Assembly (NCBI GenBank): GCA_038823825.1
Contig: JAWBCC010000001.1
Location: 431,421-463,420 of the forward strand
Reading direction: 5' to 3'
DNA length: 32,000 bases
Source of the DNA: Candidatus Hadarchaeales archaeon
Lineage (GTDB): Archaea; Hadarchaeota; Hadarchaeia; Hadarchaeales; Hadarchaeaceae
Positions 1 through 8,251 of this stretch are shown here, in pieces. Position 1 is the stretch's first letter, and each line of letters opens with the position of its first letter. Made by a program: the position numbers and the translations under genes. The notes beneath the pieces were generated by a model that was not told where the DNA came from, made no database searches, and was given only the letters and a program-made list of their open reading frames with translations.

Positions 1-165
1 CTGTTTCGCGCATTCATACCCCTTCTTTAACATTCTTCTGTATTTCCCGTACGGATCGAGCGGAGAAAAACGTGGAGGATGGGGAGTCGATGTCTCTCCT
101 CCACATGCAGGACATCTCTCTCTCAAAGTGTATCTGCCACAAGATTTGCACCGTTTGATTTTCAC
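1..165 (-). CDS. nop10: H/ACA RNP protein Nop10 (runs off window start; near-complete)
   Basis: Not in ORF track (<60 aa). The minus frame from GTG at 165 reads MKIKRCKSCGRYTLRERCPACGGETSTPHPPRFSPLDPYGKYRRMLKKGYECAKQ, with no stop before position 1. It has a CxxC...CxxC zinc ribbon plus the PPRFSPxDPY motif typical of archaeal Nop10, and sits in the conserved position just downstream of aIF2-alpha. Confidence 0.85.
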   Translation of the reverse strand, partial: MKIKRCKSCGRYTLRERCPACGGETSTPHPPRFSPLDPYGKYRRMLKKGYECAKQ

Positions 166-167
166 AT

Positions 168-956
168 TTATCCCCTTATAAACTCCCCATTCCCTCCCGC
201 CCTTTTTATAGCCTCTATCGCAACGTCTGCCGCCTGTTTCATCACAGCCTCGGCCGTTTTGTAAGATGGTGCAGTCACGTTTATCCTATAGCGCGGTGGA
301 CTTTCCACATATATCTCTATTTTTGCATCAGCAGTTGCAGAAGCTTTGGCAGCGAGCAAGGCGGCTCTTATTGCTTCCACACCATTTGGCCGGTGAGAAG
401 AAAGAACAAGCGTTCCAGAAATCTTGTAAAGGGGTGTTTCTATGTTTTCTTTGGCAATTTTCGCAAGTATCTTTATCCATTTTTTATTCTCAATCACGCC
501 GTCCAACGCATGCTCATCTTTTGCCAAGGCCTCGAATGCACCATATAGATCGCCAAATTTTTCCTGAAGCTTAAACCCAATTTCCTCATATGCCTCATCC
601 AAAGTTTTCTTCATCTTTTTTGCTGCAATTTCAAGGAGTTTTTCTGCTCTTTGCTCAAGCTTAATGCGCTCAATTTTCCATCTTTTTTCGCTTTCCTTTA
701 CCCTACGTAAGGATAGATCTATCGCTCCACGAACCGGGTCTACAGAAAGAACCCGGCATACGATTTTTTGTCCTTCTCTAACATGATCGCGGATGTTCTT
801 TATCCAACCTGAAGCCACCTCCGAGATGTGAATCATTCCTTCCTTCCCGCCATACTCATCCAAGGTTACATAAGCCGCTTGAGGAAAGACTTTCGTAACC
901 GTACAGAGAACCAACTCATCTAGAGAGGGCCACTCGGATCTCTTTCTCGGCATCAA
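168..956 (-). CDS. eif2a: translation initiation factor aIF2 alpha subunit
   Basis: 262-aa ORF with an N-terminal S1/OB segment (GMIHISEVASGWIKNIRDHVREGQKIVCRVLSVD), then helical and alpha-beta C-terminal parts as in aIF2-alpha. The track start at 956 is TTG; the ATG at 953 overlaps the S27e stop (TGATG). Confidence 0.95.
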   Translation of the reverse strand: MMPRKRSEWPSLDELVLCTVTKVFPQAAYVTLDEYGGKEGMIHISEVASGWIKNIRDHVREGQKIVCRVLSVDPVRGAIDLSLRRVKESEKRWKIERIKLEQRAEKLLEIAAKKMKKTLDEAYEEIGFKLQEKFGDLYGAFEALAKDEHALDGVIENKKWIKILAKIAKENIETPLYKISGTLVLSSHRPNGVEAIRAALLAAKASATADAKIEIYVESPPRYRINVTAPSYKTAEAVMKQAADVAIEAIKRAGGNGEFIRG

Positions 957-1135
957 CTCATCTCTCCGAGGATAACCCCCTTTATTTCGGCTTTTCCTCC
1001 TTTAGGAACAGCAAGAGTCTTCTCACATATTCGACATTTCACGATAGTGCTTGCGTGACTAAAAACCAATTGCTCGTTGCCGCATCCGGTACATCTGACG
1101 CGAAGAAAAGTTGCTTTCTTTTTCATCTCACTCAC
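953..1135 (-). CDS. rps27e: 30S ribosomal protein S27e
   Basis: Small zinc-ribbon protein (CTGCGNEQLVFSHASTIVKCRICEKTLAVPKGGKA) matching the S27e pattern. The track start at 1135 is GTG; an alternative ATG lies at 1126, 1 nt after the L44e stop. Confidence 0.92.
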   Translation of the reverse strand: MSEMKKKATFLRVRCTGCGNEQLVFSHASTIVKCRICEKTLAVPKGGKAEIKGVILGEMS

Positions 1136-1418
1136 CTATTTGGACTTTCTTCGCTCTGAAGCCGGTGCGGGGATGAGCCTTGCCACACTCAGAACACCTA
1201 AGAAGCCAAGCAAATTTCTTTGTTGTCTTGAAAAATTTTTTCTGTTCAGATCTCGGCTGGCTACCGTAACCCTTGCTTATTCTTTCGAATTGCCTCTGTC
1301 CCCAACTGAGAGACCTCGCCTTATGTTTCTTTGCCTGCGAAACCGTGTGCTCGGTATGTTTTTTACAGTGGGGACAATACGTCCGGATTTTTTTTGGAAG
1401 CTTCATCGTCTCTGTCAA
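1128..1418 (-). CDS. rpl44e: 50S ribosomal protein L44e (eL42)
   Basis: 96 aa and very basic. It has the CPHCKKHTEH ... CSECGK zinc-ribbon layout typical of L44e, in the conserved L44e-S27e-aIF2alpha-Nop10 order. Confidence 0.92.
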   Translation of the reverse strand: MTETMKLPKKIRTYCPHCKKHTEHTVSQAKKHKARSLSWGQRQFERISKGYGSQPRSEQKKFFKTTKKFAWLLRCSECGKAHPRTGFRAKKVQIGE

Positions 1419-1457
1419 AATACTCGTTATCTACATAAAAGCCTGTTTTTCAAGATT

Positions 1458-2000
1458 TTACGACGGATGTATTTCCTCAGCGAACCTGTGTTTTATCACG
1501 AGCTCTGCGTTTTCCGCTGGCAAGTTTGCTATGTCTCCCGCGTCGAATGGTCCATAAATTTTCCCATCTACACCTACTATTTTTTGTGAAATCCCTAGGC
1601 GAAAAACAACTAACCTTCTCACACAGGCTCCCGGAATCTTTATCGTTATTTTTTCTTCCGAAACCAGCGATCTTCGTATTTCTGCGAGAAGTCGGTTCAC
1701 TTCTGAGAATTTTTCGCGTTCGATCTCAACCAAGTTCTGGGGAGCTCTTCCAGTTAGAATCAGAATAATTGCCTTTGTAGTTCTGACCGAAAACAAAAGC
1801 TCGGTCAGCCTAATCGCCTCTGAAAGCTGCCGCTCGGCCAATGCCTTTTCTAGCCCCCTCTTCTGCTGTATTTCCATTTTCAATTTTTCCAAAAGTTTAC
1901 AAACATCCTGCACGAACCCGTCCGCAAGCTTTTCCACATCTTTTGAATTCATCTCGCGTTTGCATATTTCCGCAAGTTCGTCTAATGTCAAATCCTTCAA
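1458..2000 (-). CDS. GINS complex subunit (Gins51/Gins15-like)
   Basis: 180 aa with a helical N-terminal half and a beta-rich C-terminal half ending GVDGKIYGPFDAGDIANLPAENAELVIKHRFAEEI, which resembles the Gins51 B-domain. It lies immediately downstream of priS, as in many archaea. The start is TTG and overlaps the priS stop. Confidence 0.7.
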   Translation of the reverse strand: MKDLTLDELAEICKREMNSKDVEKLADGFVQDVCKLLEKLKMEIQQKRGLEKALAERQLSEAIRLTELLFSVRTTKAIILILTGRAPQNLVEIEREKFSEVNRLLAEIRRSLVSEEKITIKIPGACVRRLVVFRLGISQKIVGVDGKIYGPFDAGDIANLPAENAELVIKHRFAEEIHPS

Positions 2001-2959
2001 TGTTCCACCTCCATCAGGAACTTCGGTACTGCATCGTCTGGATGAAACTTTTCAATGTTCTTTATGACCATACATTTTCTGCTCACACCTGAATGAAGGC
2101 TAGACGGCAGCCTGAGTATACGTTTTGTGTCCACCGTTACTTTGCCGTCAGTGAGCTGAAAATTCATTTTTGCGAGAAACTGGAGAAGTTTCTGAATGGT
2201 TCCAACTCCTATTTCTCCTGGTCTGAGAATTTCCTCTATTTGTCCTGCTTTTATTTTCTCAATGATTTTGCTTTTCTCTGCGAGAATTTTACTCAAAACC
2301 CTTCTCGATTTTATAGCATCTTTGAGTTCGTCCTCCCGAACTTTTTCCAGCATATACGCGATCCTTTTTCTGAATATCCTTGAATATCCGAAGGATATCG
2401 TCAAATCTGAAGGAATCACGCCTCCAACGATATAACTGACCATTTGATCACGTTCACTCGCACCCAAGAGCATTGCTGGCTCATCAGTTGTCCTCATGTG
2501 AAAACCTCTCCCAGAGTAAACAAAGTGTATATCCCGGAAGCCGAAATCCGATTTCAGAACATCCGAAAACTCGATTGCCAACTGCTTAGCTTCCATTATA
2601 CATTTCTCGCAGACCTCTCCTTTAGGACATCCGCAACTTTTTACAGGCAGGTCTTTTGCGTCTATGTCAAAAACCAATTCGGCTTTGATCCACCCCTCTC
2701 TTTGTTTCGGATTCTGATAGAGACAGACGCTCGAATACGCCGCATGAGGTGCTTTCGACTTCAGGAAATTTGCCAAGTCCTCGATCGTGAGAAACTGAAT
2801 ATACCTATAGTTTGGGCCTGTTCCATCCAAATCAAATCCAAATTCTCTCATGGAGAGAGTATGAAGAAGGAAATCTGGCAGATCCTCCTTTTTCCATTCC
2901 TCAGCGTAAAACCTACGCCTCTCCTCCGGTTTTGCCTCTCTCATTATCACGCACGCCAC
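1997..2959 (-). CDS. priS: DNA primase small (catalytic) subunit PriS
   Basis: 320 aa with the AEP primase motifs LVFDIDAKD (DxD) and YSGRGFH, plus a CGC...CEKC zinc knuckle. GTG at 2959; alternative ATG at 2944. Confidence 0.92.
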   Translation of the reverse strand: MACVIMREAKPEERRRFYAEEWKKEDLPDFLLHTLSMREFGFDLDGTGPNYRYIQFLTIEDLANFLKSKAPHAAYSSVCLYQNPKQREGWIKAELVFDIDAKDLPVKSCGCPKGEVCEKCIMEAKQLAIEFSDVLKSDFGFRDIHFVYSGRGFHMRTTDEPAMLLGASERDQMVSYIVGGVIPSDLTISFGYSRIFRKRIAYMLEKVREDELKDAIKSRRVLSKILAEKSKIIEKIKAGQIEEILRPGEIGVGTIQKLLQFLAKMNFQLTDGKVTVDTKRILRLPSSLHSGVSRKCMVIKNIEKFHPDDAVPKFLMEVEH

Positions 2960-4205
2960 CTCTGAACTTCTCCCTCTTCTTCAGAAAGTAATACGTGAGC
3001 GGATTCTTCACGTTTTTGCACATATCATCCGGTTTACAGAGCAGTGGAGCCGAGGACCTTATCTTGGAACAATTTGGAACCATATACCATTTTGATCTCC
3101 CGGAATCCTCGATTTTCGGCTCGGTCGTCATCCCAAAGCCAAGATGATAGAAAATATTTGCTTTCTCCTGCGGTTGATCTTGGAAGAGGGGCGGGTTACA
3201 ACGATTCGCCGCCTCTACTATGAGCGGGACGATTTCTTGAGTAACTATCGATATGTCTTTCACGAAATCAGATATCTTGTTTGAAGCCTTACCAGACGGC
3301 GCAATTCTTGCATATGAAAGAAACGATGTGAGAAGCATGACGACTCCAAAGTTTCTCAAGCCGTGACTCACACCATTCATGACGGCTGAGACACAGGGAG
3401 GAAAACAGTCGGGTAAAAGTTTACCCGCCATGCGTCTGGTGTCGACCGCAATAGCTGGCGCCCTTGGCACCATCTTGGATATCCGTTCACCAACTGTGAG
3501 CAAGAGGGGATGCGGCTCTCCACCCTCCTGTAATTTTTCAAATACTTCCTGGATGTATCGCTCTGTTTTGACATACATAAGCTCCGAATAGAGGTCCCAC
3601 AAATCACGAAGAGAAACTATTGCCCAGCCACTGACCATGTGAAGATCTGTAACTTGTAACCTCCCATGAGCAATAAGGGGAGAAAGATCATGCCATCTAA
3701 CAGCCAAAGACGGCATATACTGGGGAAGAAGATGATCATCCACCTCCTTCAGCCCATCCTTCTTTAAGCGCAAATCTCGTATCTTCCTAAGGTCGTTTTC
3801 ATCAAAATTCATGCCAAGAGCTTTGGAGAGTTCTTGAAGTGTCAGATTTTTTATCTGCCCACTGATTGCTTTGAGACAGAAGTCTCCCTCTCCTTTTCTG
3901 AATAAGTTGTAAAGCCTGTACCTTATTGTGTCTCTCGTCTTTTCTGCCACAAACTGAACTTCCCTAGAATAAGGCATAGACACAGAAGCAGTTGCCTGCA
4001 TCGCCAGATAGAATGAGAGTATTTCGTTCTCAACAGCTCTCTCATTTGGTTCAACGATACATTCACTCGTCTTCCATTTCAAGCGATCTACTGCAAGTTC
4101 TATGATTTCCTGAGGCATAGAATCCAAGGGGGGTGCTTTAGCTACTATTTTCTTCGCTTCTTCGCCGAATGGGTCCAGCACTGGAAGGTAGAAATCTGAC
4201 AGCAT
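2913..4205 (-). CDS. priL: DNA primase large subunit PriL
   Basis: 430 aa, directly upstream of and overlapping priS. The C-terminal domain has spaced cysteines (CFPPC ... RCNPP ... CSKIRSSAPLLC) consistent with the PriL 4Fe-4S domain. Confidence 0.85.
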   Translation of the reverse strand: MLSDFYLPVLDPFGEEAKKIVAKAPPLDSMPQEIIELAVDRLKWKTSECIVEPNERAVENEILSFYLAMQATASVSMPYSREVQFVAEKTRDTIRYRLYNLFRKGEGDFCLKAISGQIKNLTLQELSKALGMNFDENDLRKIRDLRLKKDGLKEVDDHLLPQYMPSLAVRWHDLSPLIAHGRLQVTDLHMVSGWAIVSLRDLWDLYSELMYVKTERYIQEVFEKLQEGGEPHPLLLTVGERISKMVPRAPAIAVDTRRMAGKLLPDCFPPCVSAVMNGVSHGLRNFGVVMLLTSFLSYARIAPSGKASNKISDFVKDISIVTQEIVPLIVEAANRCNPPLFQDQPQEKANIFYHLGFGMTTEPKIEDSGRSKWYMVPNCSKIRSSAPLLCKPDDMCKNVKNPLTYYFLKKREKFRGGVRDNERGKTGGEA

Positions 4206-4233
4206 CCGAATTCCATTTGGTGGAGCTGATTAA

Positions 4234-4980
4234 TTAAGCCTCAATTAGCGGGGCTAGGAAGAACCTCAGTTTTCCCTTTTCGAGTTTCATCTCCATCTCT
4301 AGCGGAAGATCGGTGCCAAGTTTCAAAATGATTTCATCCGAAGAAGACGCTCCTTTTACCATCTTCAGAAGATATTCTAGTTCGAACTTCGCACTCGTGT
4401 TTTGCTTCACATCAAGTTTTGTAAGTGCCGCGTCTCCCTCTTTCAATCTCAATTCCGAAGAGCCTTTCTTACCCTCAGCCGAAATAACAAACTCGCCTTT
4501 CTTTGCCATAATGAGAACGCTTTCGGACACCATTTCAGCGTCCTTTAGACCATCTATAAGCACTTCTGCCGTAAGCCCAACTTCTGCCGTGAATTGTATT
4601 TTTGGCTCCGATACCTCTTCTTCTTCAACATTGATTATTGGAATTCCGAGTTTTCTCGTAGAAGCCCCGCGGAAAGTTAAAAGGAGTCTGCTCCCATCTT
4701 CAGAAATCTCCAATGTTAACTCTTCCCCGCTCTTCATTCTACTCAAAGCTTTCTCGAAGTCGACGAGATTTACACCGATTATCATTTCATCTGTGACATC
4801 GTATTCGTCAAATGCATCAGCTGGAAGCTCGAAATCTACCATCGCTATTCTCGAGGGATCCAACGCCCGCATACTAACACCTTTTGGTGTAAACCTGAAA
4901 GCTGATTCCTCAATCAACTCTACTATCGATCCGATGGCATTTTTCAAAATCTTCGGTTCAGCCATTCGCATCTTTACCAT
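4234..4980 (-). CDS. pcn: DNA polymerase sliding clamp PCNA
   Basis: 248 aa. The N-terminus (LKNAIGSIVELIEESAFRFTPKGVSMRALDPSRIAMVDFELPADAF) and two-domain length match archaeal PCNA. Alternative ATGs at 4971 and 4965 avoid overlap with the upstream gene. Confidence 0.93.
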   Translation of the reverse strand: MVKMRMAEPKILKNAIGSIVELIEESAFRFTPKGVSMRALDPSRIAMVDFELPADAFDEYDVTDEMIIGVNLVDFEKALSRMKSGEELTLEISEDGSRLLLTFRGASTRKLGIPIINVEEEEVSEPKIQFTAEVGLTAEVLIDGLKDAEMVSESVLIMAKKGEFVISAEGKKGSSELRLKEGDAALTKLDVKQNTSAKFELEYLLKMVKGASSSDEIILKLGTDLPLEMEMKLEKGKLRFFLAPLIEA

Positions 4981-5312
4981 TCAAGTCCCTCCTCAAACCT
5001 AGAAATTTCTTGCCGAACTTCTCTATAAAGCTGTACGTTCAGGCCGTCCATCTTCTGAATTATGTCGATTTGAAGTTTTGTCTCCCCCATACCGACTGGG
5101 AAACCGAACACTCTGATAACAGAGCCAGGGCGGATGTCCTGCAAAAGGATGGGATCTTTTACAAAACAAGAAATTTGTCCGGTTTCGTCTGCTATTACTA
5201 AATCCACTTCACCTGTCTCGACCACCGTGCCTAAAACCCTCACTCGACCATCTGTTGATGAAATTTCCGAAATCCTCTTCTCTTTATAAGGCGAGCGTAC
5301 AAACATGTTCAT
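4974..5312 (-). CDS. small OB-fold nucleic-acid-binding protein (RPA/Stn1-like, function unknown)
   Basis: VRVLGTVVETGEVDLVIADETGQISCFVKD...GSVIRVFGFP is the classic anticodon-type OB-fold pattern. I place the start at ATG 5312 because it forms an ATGA overlap with the tfs stop; the track start at 5348 lies inside tfs. Confidence 0.6.
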   Translation of the reverse strand: MNMFVRSPYKEKRISEISSTDGRVRVLGTVVETGEVDLVIADETGQISCFVKDPILLQDIRPGSVIRVFGFPVGMGETKLQIDIIQKMDGLNVQLYREVRQEISRFEEGLEW

Positions 5313-5623
5313 ACGTATTCTCTCCAGACTTTTCCACACTTCACACATTTATAAAACCTGGTGGATGGCTCGTCCGCGGCCCTTGTCTGTCTTATCCACC
5401 AGTAAGCTCTATCTGCGCCACAGTTCGGGCAAATCACGTGGGTTGTTGGAGCTAGTTCCCCTCTTTTTTCTACGACTATAACGTCCGCTTCCTTTGTGGA
5501 AATTTTTCGCTTATCTTCCTGACTAGCCTGCTCCCGATATCCGCAGGAGTTGCAGACCAACATGAGTCTCCTGCCGATCTCTTGAGGTAGCATCACTCCC
5601 CCACAGCGTTTACACTTCTGCAT
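5309..5623 (-). CDS. tfs: transcription factor S (TFS) / RNAP subunit M-like
   Basis: 104 aa with an N-terminal zinc ribbon (CKRCGG...CNSCG) and a C-terminal TFIIS-type ribbon (CPNCGADRAYWWIRQTRAADEPSTRFYKCVKCGKVWREY) containing the acidic DE loop. Confidence 0.92.
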   Translation of the reverse strand: MQKCKRCGGVMLPQEIGRRLMLVCNSCGYREQASQEDKRKISTKEADVIVVEKRGELAPTTHVICPNCGADRAYWWIRQTRAADEPSTRFYKCVKCGKVWREYV

Positions 5624-6018
5624 TATTTTCTATTCAGACCGGCGTCAATTAAAATCTTAGCGTGGTCAAAAGCAAGTCTTTTCCACGGAATCTTCTTAAA
5701 AATTCGGACTTCGGCGGCATCTGAACCAGCGCGCATCTTTCCACTAACTACCTTTGCCAGGAAGCATATGCTTACGACATGCCCACGAGGATCGCGAGAC
5801 GGATCAGAATACACTCCAAGTAGTTTCTCTATTTCAACTTCAAGCCCAGTTTCCTCTTTAACTTCTCTGGTTAGCGCCTCCTCCACCTTTTCCCCATATT
5901 TGACAAAACCTCCCGGAAGCGCCCATTTCCCTCGAAAAGGAGGATTCTTCCTCCTCACCAAAACAATGCCATTCTTCGCTTTTATCACGGCGTCCACGGC
6001 TAATCTAGGCGAGGTCAT
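5623..6018 (-). CDS. NUDIX hydrolase
   Basis: A complete Nudix box, GGFVKYGEKVEEALTREVKEETGL, fits Gx5Ex7REUxEExGU. I place the start at ATG 6018 (TAATG overlap with the upstream stop); its own stop overlaps the tfs ATG in the same way. Confidence 0.85.
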   Translation of the reverse strand: MTSPRLAVDAVIKAKNGIVLVRRKNPPFRGKWALPGGFVKYGEKVEEALTREVKEETGLEVEIEKLLGVYSDPSRDPRGHVVSICFLAKVVSGKMRAGSDAAEVRIFKKIPWKRLAFDHAKILIDAGLNRK

Positions 6019-6605
6019 TATCTTCCCTGTACAATTATGGAAGGCCATCCTAGTTTTGGAACCACATAAACAACTTTACCGATGATATCTTCTGGTTGTA
6101 TCTCTCGCTCTTGCGGAAGGGGAAATGGGTTGTGATCCCCTTTGGTTATCAGCCTTATCTCTCCGTCTTTCTGCCAGATTGCGAGAACCCGGTGAGTCAT
6201 GGGGAGCCCACCATTTTTACCCCTCATTACTATCACATCACCGACAGAGATTTCGGATATGGAAGAGACTCCTTTAACAATTATCAGATCTCCTCTTTGA
6301 AAACCTTCCTTAACCGGAAACTTGGAAGTATCGTAAGTACGTAAAACATCCTCCGTAAGAGGTATACCATATTTACTGAGGAGCCACCTTCTTTCTTCTC
6401 GATTCTCGAAGTAAACCCTCCAATTAGGATTATCCTTATGACTCATGCTATCTGAAACCACAGACATCCAGAAAGATGTGGTTCCAGCGGCTAAGGTTGC
6501 GAAGGAAACCATAAAGCTGTATACCAGTAGGAGAGAAAGAACAGTTCCGAGAAGATTTTTAATTTTAGAGCTTCTCTTACGTTTATGGCCCGCCATGACT
6601 TTCAC
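6018..6605 (-). CDS. signal peptidase I, archaeal/Sec11 type (S26B)
   Basis: N-terminal TM (LLGTVLSLLLVYSFMVSFATLAA), Ser motif VVSDSMS, GDLIIVKG, His motif MTHRV and KGDHNP, which is the S26B motif order. Confidence 0.8.
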   Translation of the reverse strand: MKVMAGHKRKRSSKIKNLLGTVLSLLLVYSFMVSFATLAAGTTSFWMSVVSDSMSHKDNPNWRVYFENREERRWLLSKYGIPLTEDVLRTYDTSKFPVKEGFQRGDLIIVKGVSSISEISVGDVIVMRGKNGGLPMTHRVLAIWQKDGEIRLITKGDHNPFPLPQEREIQPEDIIGKVVYVVPKLGWPSIIVQGR

Positions 6606-7185
6606 CTTTTACCATTGCAGTTGCAATCATATGTGCAAGCCTCACCGGTTCAGGTATCGAACTTCTCACACAACTCATTCTTACTATCTTTTCAGCTTCT
6701 CTGAGATTTATCCCAATCGGTTGAATATAAAGGGGCGGCCCCCTTGCTTTCGGACGCATCTCATAAATTTTGCCCGTTTTCTTTATCAACTGCCATCTTT
6801 CTTTCCAACCTGACAAGTTCTTTAGTGCTGTCCTCATTTCACGCATATTTGGTCTTTTCCTTGAAATTACTATGAACGGAAGACCTAGCTCATCGGAGGC
6901 TCTGTGAACATCCAACACGTTGAAACCCGCAAAAGTTATCCCATCCGTCAAAATTACACGAAGCTGCCCTTTATGACGACTTTTGGAAACCATCTCAATC
7001 AATTTGTCAGTAACATCCATCCCATCTTTTTCTATCTCTGTTTTGAGCACACCATCAACGGACGTTCCCCCTCGGCAAACTACTCCAACAAGTAATACGG
7101 CTACGGATGTGCTCGGACCATCATCCACTCCGAGCATCCTTATTTCAGGCTTAACATGAAAAGATGCTTGAGGTTTGGTTGACAT
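6583..7185 (-). CDS. UPF0215/DUF99 family protein (endonuclease V-like fold)
   Basis: 200 aa. The IRMLGVDDG start and overall pattern recall archaeal UPF0215 proteins. This is from memory only and needs an HMM check. Confidence 0.65.
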   Translation of the reverse strand: MSTKPQASFHVKPEIRMLGVDDGPSTSVAVLLVGVVCRGGTSVDGVLKTEIEKDGMDVTDKLIEMVSKSRHKGQLRVILTDGITFAGFNVLDVHRASDELGLPFIVISRKRPNMREMRTALKNLSGWKERWQLIKKTGKIYEMRPKARGPPLYIQPIGINLREAEKIVRMSCVRSSIPEPVRLAHMIATAMVKGESHGGP

Positions 7186-7464
7186 TCACTTTAACGCCTT
7201 TTTAAACTTTTCCTCGAACTCGTCTATCTGCCTCTGAATTCTGGCAATCGCGTCCTTTATCGCCTTTTCCGGAGTTTTTCCCGAGGTTTGTATGTAAAAA
7301 GTTATCGTTTTTGTAAGAGGATGATCTTCTCTGTAGGCAGCGAATACAACATCTTCGTCACTGTGAAGCTCGGAGCATAGAAGATTCATAATAGTGTGGT
7401 CCGTCCCCGTTACCTTTAGAACTCTTTTCTTTTCCTCTTTCTCGACTACCTCTACTTCCATCAT
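7186..7464 (-). CDS. rpoL: DNA-directed RNA polymerase subunit L (Rpo11)
   Basis: 92 aa. The GTDHTIMNLLCSELHSDEDVVFAAYREDHPL segment matches the Rpo11/RpoL signature (E-DHT-gNll...L). It lies in the conserved dph2-csl4-rpoL neighbourhood. Confidence 0.88.
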   Translation of the reverse strand: MMEVEVVEKEEKKRVLKVTGTDHTIMNLLCSELHSDEDVVFAAYREDHPLTKTITFYIQTSGKTPEKAIKDAIARIQRQIDEFEEKFKKALK

Positions 7465-7656
7465 TCATAACCTCCTTGCAATCTCTCTAATTTTCCTTAT
7501 CGTACTTTTAATCTCTTCCTCATCACCATAGATGTAAATATTTACCGCGCATCCTGAGCCTTCTGCGTCCATGTTGGCACTTATTTCACCGAGAGCTTCC
7601 ATAAGCTTCATTAGGGAAGAAGCATTTGATACTTTTATCCGGATTTTTTTCTTCAA
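7465..7656 (-). CDS. small hypothetical protein (63 aa) wedged between csl4 and rpoL
   Basis: The ORF exactly fills the gap. Its stop abuts the rpoL ATG and its ATG overlaps the csl4 stop by 4 nt. Its composition resembles real neighbours, but I recognise no family. Confidence 0.5.
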   Translation of the reverse strand: MKKKIRIKVSNASSLMKLMEALGEISANMDAEGSGCAVNIYIYGDEEEIKSTIRKIREIARRL

Positions 7657-8237
7657 GGTGTCCCCCGCCTATAGTCCGTAGAGAGTTTTCTTGTTTCAGT
7701 ACTTCCGCAAGTCCTGCATTTCAGTTTGTTGTCCTCCTTTTCAAGAGGTTGGCGACATTTGGAACAGAGAGCATATATCACACCCAGGGCTCTATCTATC
7801 GTTGTGAGGTGAACACATTCTGGCCGGACCTCGATTACTTTTGCTTTTATTATGTCTCCAGCTTTAAACATCGCTCCTAAATCACGCACGAATCCGCGCT
7901 GAACTTTGGAGATATGAAGAATACCGATTCTCGGAGGTGGGAGCTCCCTATCCTCCTTACCGATCATGTTCATGAGCAGGACGGTGGCAAACTGATCTCT
8001 TACTTCTTCGACACGCCCTATGACCAAATCTCCCGGTTTTAGAATTGGGAGAGTCTTGGTCCTAGCAAAAACTGAAACTTTTCTTGTTCGAATATCAAGG
8101 AGAACTATTCCAATGGATGAAGAGTAGACTTTTCCTTTTTCTTCATATGTTCCTTCGCCTGGAAGAAATTCCTCGGGCGTGGCAAGGAAATCGCCCGGAA
8201 GCACGAAATCTCCAGTCTTTACTTCAACCATTTTCAA
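7653..8237 (-). CDS. csl4: exosome complex RNA-binding subunit Csl4
   Basis: 194 aa with an N-terminal domain, a central S1 domain (GDLVIGRVEEVRDQFATVLL...) and a C-terminal zinc ribbon (CSKCRQPL...CRTCGS), which is the Csl4 architecture. Confidence 0.88.
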   Translation of the reverse strand: MKMVEVKTGDFVLPGDFLATPEEFLPGEGTYEEKGKVYSSSIGIVLLDIRTRKVSVFARTKTLPILKPGDLVIGRVEEVRDQFATVLLMNMIGKEDRELPPPRIGILHISKVQRGFVRDLGAMFKAGDIIKAKVIEVRPECVHLTTIDRALGVIYALCSKCRQPLEKEDNKLKCRTCGSTETRKLSTDYRRGTP

Positions 8238-8251
8238 TCCCCTTCTTTGAT

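Noticed and set aside
4313-5002. 229-aa plus-strand ORF antisense to PCNA
   Set aside because: It has a Ser-rich low-complexity translation with no motifs and is fully nested antisense to a strongly supported PCNA gene. This is a typical shadow ORF.
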